This document shows positions 18,597-41,924 of a stretch of 64,000 bases of DNA, in pieces (within the stretch, counting starts at the first letter, position 1; each line of letters opens with the position of its first letter). The DNA comes from the human T2T-CHM13v2.0 reference genome, Homo sapiens, in the NCBI RefSeq assembly GCF_009914755.1, contig NC_060940.1; one strand, 5' to 3'. The notes under the pieces were generated by a model. It saw nothing but the letters and a program-made list of their open reading frames with translations, made no database searches and was not told the DNA's origin. The translations under genes and the position numbers were made by a program.

Positions 18597-18895
18597 TTTT
18601 TTTTTTTTTTTTTGAGACGGAGTCTCGCTGTATCACCCAGCCTGGAGTGTAGTGGTAACAATCTCGGCTCACTGCAAACTCCACCTCCCGGGTTCACTCC
18701 ATTCTCCTGCCTCAGCCTCCTGAGTAGCTGGGACTACAGGCACCCGCCACCACGCCCGGCTAATTTTTTGTATTTTTAGTAGAGATGGGGTTTTACTGTG
18801 TTAGCCAGCATGGTCTCGATCTCCTGACCTCGTGATCCACCTGCTTTGGCCTCCCAAAGTGCTGGGATTACAGGCGTGAGCCACTGCACCCAGCC
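18597..18895 (-). mobile_element. AluY inside the L1
   Basis: Y-type gtgttagccagcatggtctcgatctcc; imperfect TSD taaaacYataaaatctt. Confidence 0.8.
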
Positions 18896-19660
18896 TAAAA
18901 CCATAAAATCTTTAGAAGAAAATAGAAAATCTTCATGACTTTGGAGTAGGCAAAACTTTCTTAGATGTGACACTAAAAGCAAAAGTGACCAAAAAAATAG
19001 ATAAATGGAACTTAATCAAAATTTAAAAACATTTGTGCTTTAGAGGGCACCATCAAGAAGGTGAAAAGATAACTCACAGAATGGAACAAAATATTTGCAA
19101 ATCATTTGTCTGATAAAGAACTTGTTTTTAGAATATATAAAGAACTCTTAAACTCAATAACAAAAAGACAACCAAATTTAAAAATTGGCAAAGCATCTAA
19201 ATAGACATCTCTCCAAAGAATATATACAAATGACCAACAGAACGAAAAAAGATGCTCAACATCCTTAGTCATCAGAGAAATGCAAATCAAAACCCACAAC
19301 AGAATACTACTTCACACCCATTAGTATGGCTACAATGAAAACAATAGGTAATAACAAGTGTCGACAAAGAAACCAGAACCCCCATGCACTGCTGGTGGAG
19401 GTGTAAAATGGTGCAGGCACTTTGGAAAACAGTTTGGTGGGTCCTGAAAATGTAAAGCATGGAGTTATTCTACTATGAGCCAGCAATTCCACTCCTAGGT
19501 GTACACTTAAGACAAATAAAGACATATGTCCACACCAAAATTTCTAGACTAATGTTCATAGAACATAATAGCCAAAAGGTTGGAATAAACCTAATGTCCA
19601 TCAACTGACAGATGAGTAAACAAAATGTAGTATATCCACACAATGGAATATTGTTTGTCA

Positions 19661-19888
<228 letters not shown>

Positions 19889-20353
19889 TTATGCCAAGGG
19901 AAAGAAGCCAAACAAAAAATCACATATGATTCCATCCACATGCAATGTGTGGACAAGGCAAATTTCTAGAGATAGAAAATAGATTAGTGGTTGCCTAGGG
20001 CTGGAGAGGCTATGGGGAGATGGGGTGTGACTACTAATGAGTATGGGATTTCTTTTGGGGATGGTGAAAATGTTCTAAAATTGATTGTGATGATAGTTGC
20101 ACAACTCTGAACATACTAAAACTCACTGAATTGTACACATTAAAATGTGTGAATTGTATGGTATGTGAATTATATCTCAATAGATCTACAAAAAAAAAAA
20201 AAGATGAGGTACTGTCCATTCCATGGAGCGCATGCAGAACTCTCTTGGGATCTTACCTGCAGAGACATTACATTACTGGAGGATGAATGCTATAGATACC
20301 TTTTCATATATACAAAGGCAGCAAAGATCACTAACCTTCCTCAGCTCATTGTT

Positions 20354-20469
20354 AAAAGTTTAAGGTCATCTGTATATCTGTTGGACAAGAGGTTGTTGAA
20401 AAAAAAGTTTAAGGTCATCTGTACATCTGTTGGACAAGAGGTTGTTGAAAAAAAAGTTTAAGGTCATCT
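20354..20469. repeat. 49-bp tandem duplication, about 2.3 copies
   Basis: gtttaaggtcatct recurs at 20358, 20407 and 20456; the two full units differ at a single base (gtatatc/gtacatc). Confidence 0.93.
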
Positions 20470-21466
20470 ATTTATAAGTGAATTGTCTTCTTTGTTTCAA
20501 GATGACCTAGTTTATCAATACGATGGAAAAGTAGAGAGCCATCAAACATACAAACCATCCATATCAAATTTTAAAATAAAGGGCACTACCCTTGTAAAAA
20601 TATTTTTTAAAGGGTAGTAAATAGTATATAGAATTTTACCTAAAAAGAACCATAAAACAATATCGAATTCTAATTAAAAATTATGCAGGCTGAAGTGATT
20701 GGACTGCAATGTACTGATATCTGCAATTTATTTTGAGATGAATTTAAAAAAGACAGATTGATGGACAGATAGGATTGCTAGATGGACATGTGATAAAACA
20801 AATATGAGCAAAATGTTGATTGTAGAATGCAGGTGGTGGATATATGGTGCTCACTGTACAATTCTTTCAATCTTTCTGTGTTTATAAAATTGCATTAAGA
20901 CGTTCGTGGGGGAAAAACAGTGTTAAAGTAAGAGGTGATTACTTAAGAAAGGAAAAGCTCCCTGCTCCAGAAAGAACCTGCATTTCCCATTCTGACAGCT
21001 GAGGAAGGAAAATAAATGCATGCAAGAAAGAATGGGATGGGGTCCATCTCTCCCACAGCAATATTCAGACATAAAGAAGAGCAATTATATATGCCACATT
21101 TGAGACTAGAAGAGTTAAAGGGGGTAATAAGAGAAATATGACAAATTGTGAAATGATTGCATAACTGACAGAAGCAGAGCCAGAAAAGTCAATCTAATGA
21201 GCTAACCTAGGATTCTAAGTCCCAGCCCTTCTAAAAGCCTTTCTACAAGTTCATGTTCAGGCAAAGGCTGAATGTAACAAATGGAGTGACTAAGGGTCTC
21301 ACATAGACCAGAAAGCATAAATATGCAAGGAAGGACCCTTGATTCTGCTTTCTGTTCTCCTTAAAGGTGGCTGAGAGCTCAATGGGGGTGCTCAGAGTGT
21401 GCAGATGTTGGATGCCAAAGAAAACCTACTTCTCGAAGGTGAGCCCCAGTTCTGGTCTCAGTTCCT

Positions 21467-21840
<374 letters not shown>

Positions 21841-22120
21841 ACCCTCTTTTCTTGTTAAGGATAGGGTGTGACAAGAGGGTCCTGGCTCCTTCTTACATAC
21901 ATGTCCCATCCACAGGTGGGCTCTTAAGTGCCTGCTGGAGTGAGGGTAGGGGTTAGGGATGCGGCTGTTCTTTCCCAAAGACTACTCAGGGGCTGGTTAG
22001 TGCAGAGCTATCGCAGCCTGGCGACAGCCCTCAGTCACAGGCAAGCTTAGGGGAACCTGTGGTGCTTGAAAGACAAAAGGCTTCTTGCCGGACTGACTTC
22101 AGGAAACGGGGTAGCCCTAA

Positions 22121-22539
<419 letters not shown>

Positions 22540-23002
22540 TAGAGCTAGAACTTCCTCATGCTCTAAAGACAGGACCCCAACTCCTCAGAGCCAGGATTCC
22601 CAACCTTTCAGATCTGGAGCTCCCCATCATGCCTTAGAGTTCTGTCCCCACGCTCCAATCCTTCAGATTTGGATCTCCCCTTCACACACACCCTCGCCTT
22701 GCCCCAAAGTCAGCATCCCCCAGCGCTGAGATATGAAGACCACCCCGTCAAAGGGGCACACGCCCAGCCCTCAGAACCGGAGTCCCCCACATCCTCAGAG
22801 CCAGAACACTTCATCCCTCAAGACAGAGCGTTATTCTAACTCCTCAGAGCCAGCCCCCCAAATCCTTCCCGGCTGGGGGCCCCTCGCTCTCTCCCATGCC
22901 CCAGAGCCAGGTCTCGAACCACTTAGCCCCAATCCTTGGCCACAGCGGCCCCCATTCGCCGCTTTGGTGCTTTTGGCGCCCCCGCCAGAGCGGGCTCCGT
23001 AC

Positions 23003-23005
23003 CAT
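23003..23005 (-). CDS. KCTD19: KCTD19 exon 1 coding part (initiator ATG only)
   Basis: Minus strand reads gcgaccATG|gtacgg: Kozak A at -3, donor directly after the ATG, inside the CpG island. The phase-0 join to exon 2 gives MEESGMAHE, the N-terminus I recall for KCTD19. Confidence 0.88.
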
Positions 23006-23160
23006 GGTCGCGGCTCCAGCAGCGGGCGGGCGGGCTTGTGACCCGGCCAATAACGGTTCCCGGGGTCGCGGCGGCGCGCGCGCGGGGGGCGGGGCAGTGG
23101 GCGGGGCCTGGCGTGCGCCGGGTGGTCTCGCGGGCGGTGGCAGGTGAGCGGCGGGCGGGG

Positions 23161-23230
23161 ATGGCGGAGCAATGGGAGCTGGACGAGGAAGGCATTCGCC
23201 GCCTGGGGGCGCTGACGCTGGAGCAGCCGG
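23161..23230 (+). CDS. LRRC36: LRRC36 coding exon 1 (MAEQWELDEEGIRRLGALTLEQP-E)
   Basis: gggATGG strong Kozak context; donor CGG|gtaggg; 70 nt, phase 1, matching exon 2. Confidence 0.93.
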
Positions 23231-23630
23231 GTAGGGTCTGGCCGGGAGGGTGTGGACTGGGAACGTAGGGTCAGAAGCTGTGGAAAGAAAACTGAAGTGG
23301 AAGGCGGGGAACCTGAGATAGAGGCGAGGGAACCACAGAGAAGCGGTACCTGAGGCTGGGGGGCGGGGGGATAACTTGAGGCAGAAGGTTAGAGGGAGGT
23401 GGAGGTGGAGGAACTGAAGTAACGGGAGGGTGTGGGGCAGAGCCCGAGGAATTGAGAGAGAAGAGGGGAGTGTGAAGTAGGGAAGGAGAAACAAGGTTAA
23501 CAGGGGACCCTGCCGCAGGTGACAGAACTGCGGGGGGCGGTGGCTGACCGCTGTAATCCCAGCACTTTGGGAGGCGGAGGCGGGTGGATCACCTGAGCGT
23601 GGCCAACATGGTGAAACCCCGTCTCTACTA

Positions 23631-24420
<790 letters not shown>

Positions 24421-24491
24421 TAATGATTAATTTGGTAGAGGGGGGAAATATGTAATATTTACTCATTTTGACTGTTAAAATAATTCAATTA

Positions 24492-24908
<417 letters not shown>

Positions 24909-25259
24909 TTACTGTTACCAGTATCTTGGATAGTTTTCCAGAAATATTCTCTACATATATAAGCATTTATCACTTATTTTATAATTTTATATTATGGCAA
25001 TTTTCAAATATATACAAGAGTAGAGATAACAGAATAATGAACTCTATTAGCCTACCTCAACAGTTATCATCAATTCATGGCCAAGCTTCTTTCACGTATA
25101 CCTCACCTATCCTCCACCCACCTCCAACCCCCTACACTGACTATTTTGAAGCAAATTCCAAGTATGTGATTTCCTCCATAAATATTTCAGTAGTATTTTA
25201 TTTATTTATTGTTTTTATTATTTTTCAGATAGAGTTTTGCTCTGTCACCCAGGCTCTAG

Positions 25260-25388
<129 letters not shown>

Positions 25389-25528
25389 TAGTGACAGGGT
25401 TTTGCCATGTTGGCCAAGCTGGTCTTGAACTCCTGACCTCAAGTGATCCACCCACCTCAGCCTCCCTAAGAGTTGGGATTATAAGTGCAAGCCACAGCAC
25501 CTGGCCAGTATGTATTTTTAAAAGCTAA

Positions 25529-25840
<312 letters not shown>

Positions 25841-25842
25841 TA

Positions 25843-26277
<435 letters not shown>

Positions 26278-26869
26278 TTAAGTCTTATTTGATCTGTAGG
26301 CTCCCCATTTTTTTTCCCTCGCATTTTCAATTGTTTTTGAAGAAACTGGCTTTGAAAGAGTTTACTATAACCTGAACTTTGCTCATTGCATTCCTAAGAT
26401 GTTAAACATTTTCCCGTGTTCCCTGTACTTCCTATGAATTGGTAGTTAGATGAGGCTTAATCAGATTCAGGTTGGATTTTTTTTTTTTCACAAGACGATT
26501 TCATAGGTAATGGTGTATGTTTATGTTAGGAAGTATATGGTGCCTAGTGTTCTTTCTTTTCGTGATATCAGCCACTGAATATGATTACCTAAGTTAATTC
26601 ATTAGGGATTGCAAAATGGTAATTGTCTATTTCTTTCATTTTTCTTCATTAACTGTAATACTTCTATAAAGAGAAATTTCCTCACATCAACTGTTTGCTT
26701 ATCCTGAGGTACAGTTTGTATAGGAAAGGCAGCATAAAAGCTTGATTTGTTTTCACCTTATATGCCAGCTTTCAGAATGATGAGTTATTTTCTTAGCATT
26801 CTCCAAAGGTGACCAGTGAGGACTGTTTTGCTTTCTCAGTATCATTATAAACTCATCGATTTAAATATA

Positions 26870-27876
<1,007 letters not shown>

Positions 27877-28000
27877 ATATATTTCAATGTAAGTTTTAAT
27901 CCATTATAGTTCTTATCATAATTGATGTTCAGTTTATCCTAACTTTAGTTAATAGGTGATCTTTCAAGTTGACTCCTGAGGTCTTTTTAAAAAAGTTTTA

Positions 28001-28310
<310 letters not shown>

Positions 28311-28567
28311 TTATTTATTAGAAACATTCATTGTCATTATAAATAAGCTTTGTTAAAGGTTGTTAATTCAATTTCCAAATGAGCTGTAAATGGTTTTCAT
28401 TAGAGAGACTACTTGATTTGTTATTTTCAAATAGCAAATTTTTGCCCACTGGGGTTATGTAACCCATATATTAAAATTGGAAGATCATTCTTTTATTCTT
28501 GGCATCTATGCTGTGCAGTGTTTGATTTGTTCTCTGATTTGTCTTCACTCTTTATAAACACTGAAAC

Positions 28568-28914
<347 letters not shown>

Positions 28915-29389
28915 TCATGTGAATCATTAAAGAATGTTTGTCTTTGTGGCAGTTTATCATTTTAATAATTCACATTCCTTCTTAAAATGTTAAAATGTCT
29001 GCTCTTCAAAATAGACTGCAGTGAAAGGCATGAGAAATGCTGTGGGTCATTGATGGAAACCATAATTGTCCTTAGCTTTTGTCCCATGTTAACAGACTCT
29101 CAGGGTGTTAGATCATAACATACCACAGAATTACCAATACACTGCCCTCAAAGTCAGGAAAATTTTATTTATTTATTTATTTTATTTATTTATTTTTTTT
29201 TAAAAAAAACATGGTCTTATTCTGTTGCCCAAGCTGGAGTGCAGTGGCATGATCATGGCTCACTGCAGTCCCGACCTCCTGGGCTCAAGCAATCCTCCTG
29301 ACTCTGCCTACTGAGTAGCTGGGACTACAGGTGTGCACCACCATGCCCAGCTAATTTTTTCTTTTTTTGTAGAGATGGGTGCATTTTAA

Positions 29390-33560
<4,171 letters not shown>

Positions 33561-34052
33561 AGTTATTCTATTGTTCTTTTGTGCTCTTATTTTCATTATT
33601 TGGTCTTCATTTCAAAAATGACGTTTTAATTTTTATTATTTCTTTCTTTTATTTTTCTTTTCTTTCTTTTTTTTTTTTTTGAGAAGGAGTTTCACTCTTG
33701 TTGCCCAGGCTGGAGTGCAATGGTGCGACTGCAGCCCCCACCTCCTGGATTCAAGTGATTCTCTTGCCTCAGCCTTCTGAGTAGCTGGGATTACAGGCGT
33801 GTGCCACTAGGCCAAGATAATTTTTTTGTATTTTTAGTAGAGACAGGGTTTTGCCATGTTGGTCAGTCTGGTCTCAAACTCCTGGCCTCAGGTGATCTGC
33901 CCACCTCGGCCTTCCAAAGTGCTGGGATTACAGGCGTGAGCCACCACACTCGGCCTAATTTTTATTATTTCTTGAATTCTGTCTTCTCTGTATTCAATTT
34001 TTTTTCTTTTCTAATCATCTTTCTGAATTTGTCTATTCTAATTTACATTTTT

Positions 34053-35690
<1,638 letters not shown>

Positions 35691-36151
35691 CTACATTGCT
35701 ATGATGTTTTTAAACTTGTTTTGAAATATTAAGTTACAGTTTTCATTTGTGGATGTATCTTTCTGGAGTGCTTTTAATTTTAGGGGTATTATTCTGCTCC
35801 TTTTAAAAAAATAATAACCTCATATAAGATTTGACTATAATCCTTTTCTGTGGCTCTTTAAGTGCAGTTAAGTTTTCTTACACTTAGGTGGGAAAGGTGG
35901 GCCAGAATAGCTTTTTTAGTTTCAAGGTTTTGGAGCTCCCTCTTCTGTTGTGTTCACAGAGTAGTGTAAAACATGACATGCTTCCTGAGATCCGTCCATT
36001 CTGCTTCCCTCCCCTATTCATATCTGGACCTTTTATTTCCTTTGCATCTATGTCCCTGTTCCATTCAGTGTAGATTCTACTCCCACTAATTTCTCCGTGG
36101 TATGGGTCTTGTCCTGAAAGGGATCTTTGGTTTATGACTATTTAAAGCTTA

Positions 36152-36435
<284 letters not shown>

Positions 36436-36757
36436 TCAATAAATAAATAAATAATAAAATAAAATAAAGTTTATGGGACCCAGACTGCTCTAGCAACTTA
36501 AGATCTTATTTCAATGCAGTCTCCTGGCACTTATCTGCAAACTGGATTCTGTAGAACTCTCTTCCAGTTTTGGTTGCTATTCGCAGTTTGGCCTACCACC
36601 CTTGCCAGTGAGTTCTTACTGACAATTTTGAGATTCTCCCCTTTTCAGGACTGTTAATAGTCTAGTTGATGCCCAGGCTCAGTGGCTCATGCCTGTAATC
36701 CCAGCACTTTGGGAGGCTGAGGCTGAGACTGGTGGATCACCTGAGGTCAGGAGTTCA

Positions 36758-36982
<225 letters not shown>

Positions 36983-37020
36983 TTATCTACTTCTTCTCAT
37001 ATATGTATATTCTATATATA

Positions 37021-37961
37021 TACTCTATAGAATATATACCACATATACTCTATAGAATATATACCACATATACTCTATAGAATATATACCACATATACTC
37101 TATAGAATATATACCACATATACTCTATAGAATATATACCACATATACTCTATAGAATATATACTACATATACTCTATAGAATATATACTACATATACTC
37201 TATAGAATATATACTACATATACTCTATAGAATATAGAATATGTACTACATATACTCTATAGAATATAGAATATGTACTACATATATTCTATAGAATATA
37301 GAATATGTATATTATATATAGAATATGTATTCTATAGAATATGTACTCTACATATTCTATAGAATATGTACTCTACATATTCTATAGAATATGTACTCTA
37401 CATATTCTATAGAATATGTACTCTACATATTCTATAGAATATGTACTCTACATATTCTATAGAATATGTACTCTACATATTCTATAGAATATGTACTCTA
37501 CATATTCTATAGAATATGTACTCTACATATTCTATAGAATATGTACTCTACATATTCTATAGAATATGTACTCTACATATTCTATAGAATATGTACTCTA
37601 CATATTCTATAGAATATGTACTCTACATATTCTATAGAATATGTACTCTACATATTCTATAGAATATGTACTCTACATATTCTATAGAATATGTACTCTA
37701 CATATTCTATAGAATATGTACTCTACATATTCTATAGAATATGTACTCTACATATTCTATAGAATATGTACTCTACATATTCTATAGAATATGTACTCTA
37801 CATATTCTATAGAATATGTACTCTACATATTCTATAGAATATGTACTCTACATATTCTATAGAATATGTACTCTACATATTCTATAGAATATGTACTCTA
37901 CATATTCTATAGAATATGTACTCTACATATTCTATAGAATATGTACTCTACATATTCTATA
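37021..37961. repeat. AT-rich 25-bp minisatellite in LRRC36 intron 1
   Basis: 8 copies of tactctatagaatatatacYacata (37021-37220), two 32-bp variants, then 24 perfect copies of tacatattctatagaatatgta+ctc (37349-37948). Confidence 0.97.
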
Positions 37962-38119
37962 TATAGATTTAATATATGTCATTTAATATATAATTTAATA
38001 TATATAATTATATATAATTATATATATTCTATATATACTATAGCCTATCTATAGTCTATAGACAGTCTATAGACTATAGACTATAGACTATATATAGTCT
38101 ATATATATGTTTTGTACAT

Positions 38120-38240
38120 ATGCATTAATTTAATTCTTGTAACACCTTATGAATTGAGTACCATTGTTACCCCCATTTTACAGATGAGGAAACTGATGCA
38201 CAAAGAGGTTAAGTGACTTGAACAAGGTCGCAGATGTAGT
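38120..38240. mobile_element. MIR fragment (similar ones near 3060-3230, 46040-46200, 50480-50640 and 60110-60290)
   Basis: ccccattttacagatgaggaaactga...gaggttaagtgacttg MIR core. Confidence 0.8.
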
Positions 38241-38726
38241 ATATTGTCTTTCGTATCAATGTACTATTATTTAGGCTGTCTGGCTCTATTTTTCTGCTGA
38301 TGGACCTTTGACAGTTTTCTATTTCTTTCTTTTTAATTTTTTTTACTATCTTAAAACCGCTCTGAAATTGACATCCTTGTGCTATATTTTATATAACCTG
38401 CCAAAATTTTGTGGTTATTATCCATAGGGCTAAATCCTAGCAGTGGGGTTGCTGAATATCTTTTGAAATTTTGTTTTGAGAACTTTTGGAGACTTTTAGT
38501 ACATCCTTCAGGGAAATTAGAAAAACTCAAGGGCTCTATAAAACTAAGGTTCAATGTCACTATATTAGACCATACTGCTGCTTTTAAAAAGAAGATCTGA
38601 TCTTATGAGGCTTGGATGTAGGGCCTTGCACAGTTGAGATATGGGAGGAAGAAAGGCCTACTTTCACTGACTCTGCTGTTGATCCGAGCAGGGATCATAA
38701 TATATCTACTGATGATCTCTTTTCAG

Positions 38727-38854
38727 AACTGGTGGAGTCTCTTTCATTGCAGGGATCTTATGCTGGCAAAATCCATTCCATTGGTGATGCCTTCAGAAAT
38801 TTTAAAAATCTCCGATCCTTAGATTTATCAAGGAATTTGATCACTAGCCTTAAG
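38727..38854 (+). CDS. LRRC36: LRRC36 exon 2 (LVESLSLQGSYAGKIHSIGDAFRNFKNLRSLDLSRNLITSLK), first LRR
   Basis: ctcttttcag|AA ... AAG|gtaagt; 128 nt, phase 1 to 0; LxxLxLxxNxIxxL motif. Confidence 0.96.
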
Positions 38855-39149
38855 GTAAGTTATATATTCTATGACCAGCCAGGTCTGCCCAATTTATTTT
38901 TTTGATGGGAAGAAATAAGAGATAGATCATGTCATCCTGGGGAATATAAGACCTTCCCTTTAAATGATTCCCAACTAAATTTAATTATTTCTTATAAAAT
39001 TCTTTCAACTTTGCAGTATATTTTAAATTGTTATAAAATATTGGGAGGGCAATTTATTTTATACTCTCGGAAAACTATATTAAGATATCACTGTCTAGGG
39101 CAAATGCATAAATTTTAGTGTGTATAAAAAATTATGAAGAACACTTGTA

Positions 39150-39275
39150 GAAGTACAGATTCTCAGTCCCTACTGTGAGAGTTGGTCTGATTTAGTAGGT
39201 CTAGGGTAGGCTCAGGACATACTCAGGGGATTCTGATGATGGTGGTACATGGAGCATACATGGAGAAACACTGGC
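39150..39275. mobile_element. MER5-like hAT fragment
   Basis: cagattctcagtccc...agtaggtctagggtaggc...ggggattctgatg...gagaaacactgg. Confidence 0.6.
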
Positions 39276-40713
39276 CTGTGTTGTTATTGTGAGTTTTTTC
39301 TATGAGGAGAAGGAAGGTGTGGTCTTGGGAAAATTTAAGTCAGGGGATGATGGAGCAGAGGGCAGTATAGGAAGGCAGGAGGGACCAAGCATGAACAGTG
39401 TGCGTGTGGATTAGCAAACACGCACAAAGAACTCTACAAACATGAGTGTGCACACACAGAGATGGAGTTTTGTTTTCTTTGTGGTAGACCCCCAAATACT
39501 GCTTCTTCCTCATGTTCCCATTTTGCCCAAGCTCTGCACCTGTCTTGGCAAAGCCCTTCTATGCAAGATCGAGCGTGACAAAGACTCACAGATGCTATCC
39601 AGGATTAGTTACTGATCTTCTGGGTCATCTACCAGTTTTGCACTTCCTAGGGGATATTTGTTCAACAACACATCCAGACCCAATCCCAAGGTTTAGCTAA
39701 GGGCCTAAAAGATCAAAAGCCCTAAGATCAAATTTCCATCTAGGACTCTAAAATCAGCAACTCCAAGTTCAACTAGGTCTTTAGACTATTTTTTAGCAGC
39801 CATTTATATTTGGCCTATCAGTTTCAGAAAGGATTAGTTCTTTCACAGGTGATAGGATCCAATTTAAAAAATGAAAAGATAAAATATAAAAAGAAAGTAT
39901 TAGTTCAGAGTTGCTTAGGTCTCCTCTTTTGTTTGTTTATTCTTTTTCTGGCTAAAAAATTAAGTGAACATTGCTGTAATTTGTTTTTATACTTCCTTTC
40001 TTTCACTTCGGTAAACTGGGTGAAAAACTTAGGAAAATAATCAAATTAGGGCTGGGCACGGTGACTCACACCTATAATGCAGCGCTTCGGAAGGCTGAGG
40101 CAGGCAGATTGCTTGAGCCCAGGAGTTCAAGACCAGCCTGAGCAACATAGTGAGACCCCTATCTCTATTTTAAAAAATCAAGTTGTCTGGTCACGGTGGC
40201 TCATGCCTGTAATCTCAGCACTTTGGGAGGCCAAGGTGGGTGGATCCCGAAGTCAGGAGTTCGAGACCAGCTTGGCCAACATGGTGAAACCCCGTCTCTA
40301 CTAAAAATACAAAAATTAGCCAGGCGTGGTGGCAGGCGCCTGTAGTCCCAGCTACTTGGGAGGCTGAAGGAGGAGAATTGCTTGAACCTGGGAGGCAGAG
40401 GTTGCAGTGAGCCTAGATCGCACCACTACACTCCAGCCTGGGCAAAAGAGTGAGACCATCTCAAAAAAAAAAAAAATCAAGTTAACACGTGTAATCAAAT
40501 AGAACATATATAAGACTCCTGGTACAGTGCTTGGCATATAGGAAGCACTCAGTAATGTTAGTTTTCTATATTTTTTGCATCTATGATTTTTATTTATTTT
40601 TTTTGAGACAGAGTCTCACTCTGTCGTCCAGGTTGGAGTGCAGTAGTGTGATCTTGGCTCACTGCAACCTCCGCCTCCCAGGTTCAGGAGATTCTCCTGA
40701 CTCAGCCTCCTGA

Positions 40714-40893
<180 letters not shown>

Positions 40894-41786
40894 TGATTTT
40901 ATATTAATCTTTAACAGTTCTGAATCCCTTTGTTTAATTTTCCTGGGAGAAAATGTTTTGTGATTATTTGTAGCGTAACTTTGGGGAATACATAAATTCA
41001 TGACAACTGGTAAAAGTGAGAGGATAAGAGTTTCCTTAATTTTTACACTGAGAGACATTAAAAGATTACTTAAGCCAGGTGTGGTGGTTTATGTCTGTAA
41101 TCCCAGCACTTTGGGAGGCTGAGGCAGGAGGATCACTTGAGGCAAGGAGTTTGAGACTAGCTTGAGCAATAAAGCAAGACCCTGTCTCTACAAAACAGAA
41201 ACAAACAAACAAACAAAAACCATAGTTGTTGGTGCGTGCCTATAATCCCAGCTATTTGGGAGGCTGAAGCAGGAGGATCCCTTGCCCTAGGAGTTCAAGG
41301 CTGCAGTGAGCCTTGTTCATGCCACTACACTCCAGCCTGGGTGACAGAGCAAGATCCTCTCAGAAAAAACCAAAAAACAAAAAAACTTGAGCTGGGCCAT
41401 TAGACCATGAAAGACAGTCCTAATGGTGCACTGCCCTGAGAGTGAGGCCAAGGGCACTGATAGCTATTCCTCACCACTGACCCATTAACAATATGGAAGT
41501 TAATGGAATTGGAGAAAACAACAACAACAAAAAAAACAAATACAAAACAGAAAGAAATGCATCAAAGTATAAACAGGGTTGTGTTGGGAATGTTTTGTAT
41601 CTATCTTTGGGTTTTCTAAATTTCTTGCAATGAGAAAATGATAATTTTAAATGGGAGGAGAATAAAAACATTATTTTATAAATACATGATGGAAAATAAT
41701 TTCACCTTTCCAAAATAATTCTCAATGACAGAATTCCTTTTATGGAAAGCATTTTTACTATTTTTTTTTTTGCATTTGTACTATTA

Positions 41787-41924
<138 letters not shown>

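Larger units (their letters stand above)
22900..23260. promoter_or_regulatory. CpG island / bidirectional promoter shared by KCTD19 and LRRC36
   Basis: The only CpG-dense non-Alu segment in the window. Divergent ATGs at 23005(-) and 23161(+); CCAAT 23047-23051; TAACGGTT 23051-23058; GC boxes GGGCGGGGC at about 23087-23095 and 23099-23107; no TATA box. Confidence 0.9.

Noticed and set aside
37021-37961. Regular palindromic array as a CRISPR-like locus, or as the FRA16B minisatellite
   Set aside because: There are no unique spacers (invariant CTC) and the context is eukaryotic. The FRA16B unit is 33 bp with a different sequence, so the resemblance is only of class.
38612-38905. ORF-track starts upstream of LRRC36 exons 2 and 6 (38612, 60323), the internal GTG start in exon 3 (43089), and read-through tails
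   Set aside because: Non-ATG starts and intronic extensions of real exons; the splice-defined boundaries explain the coding parts.
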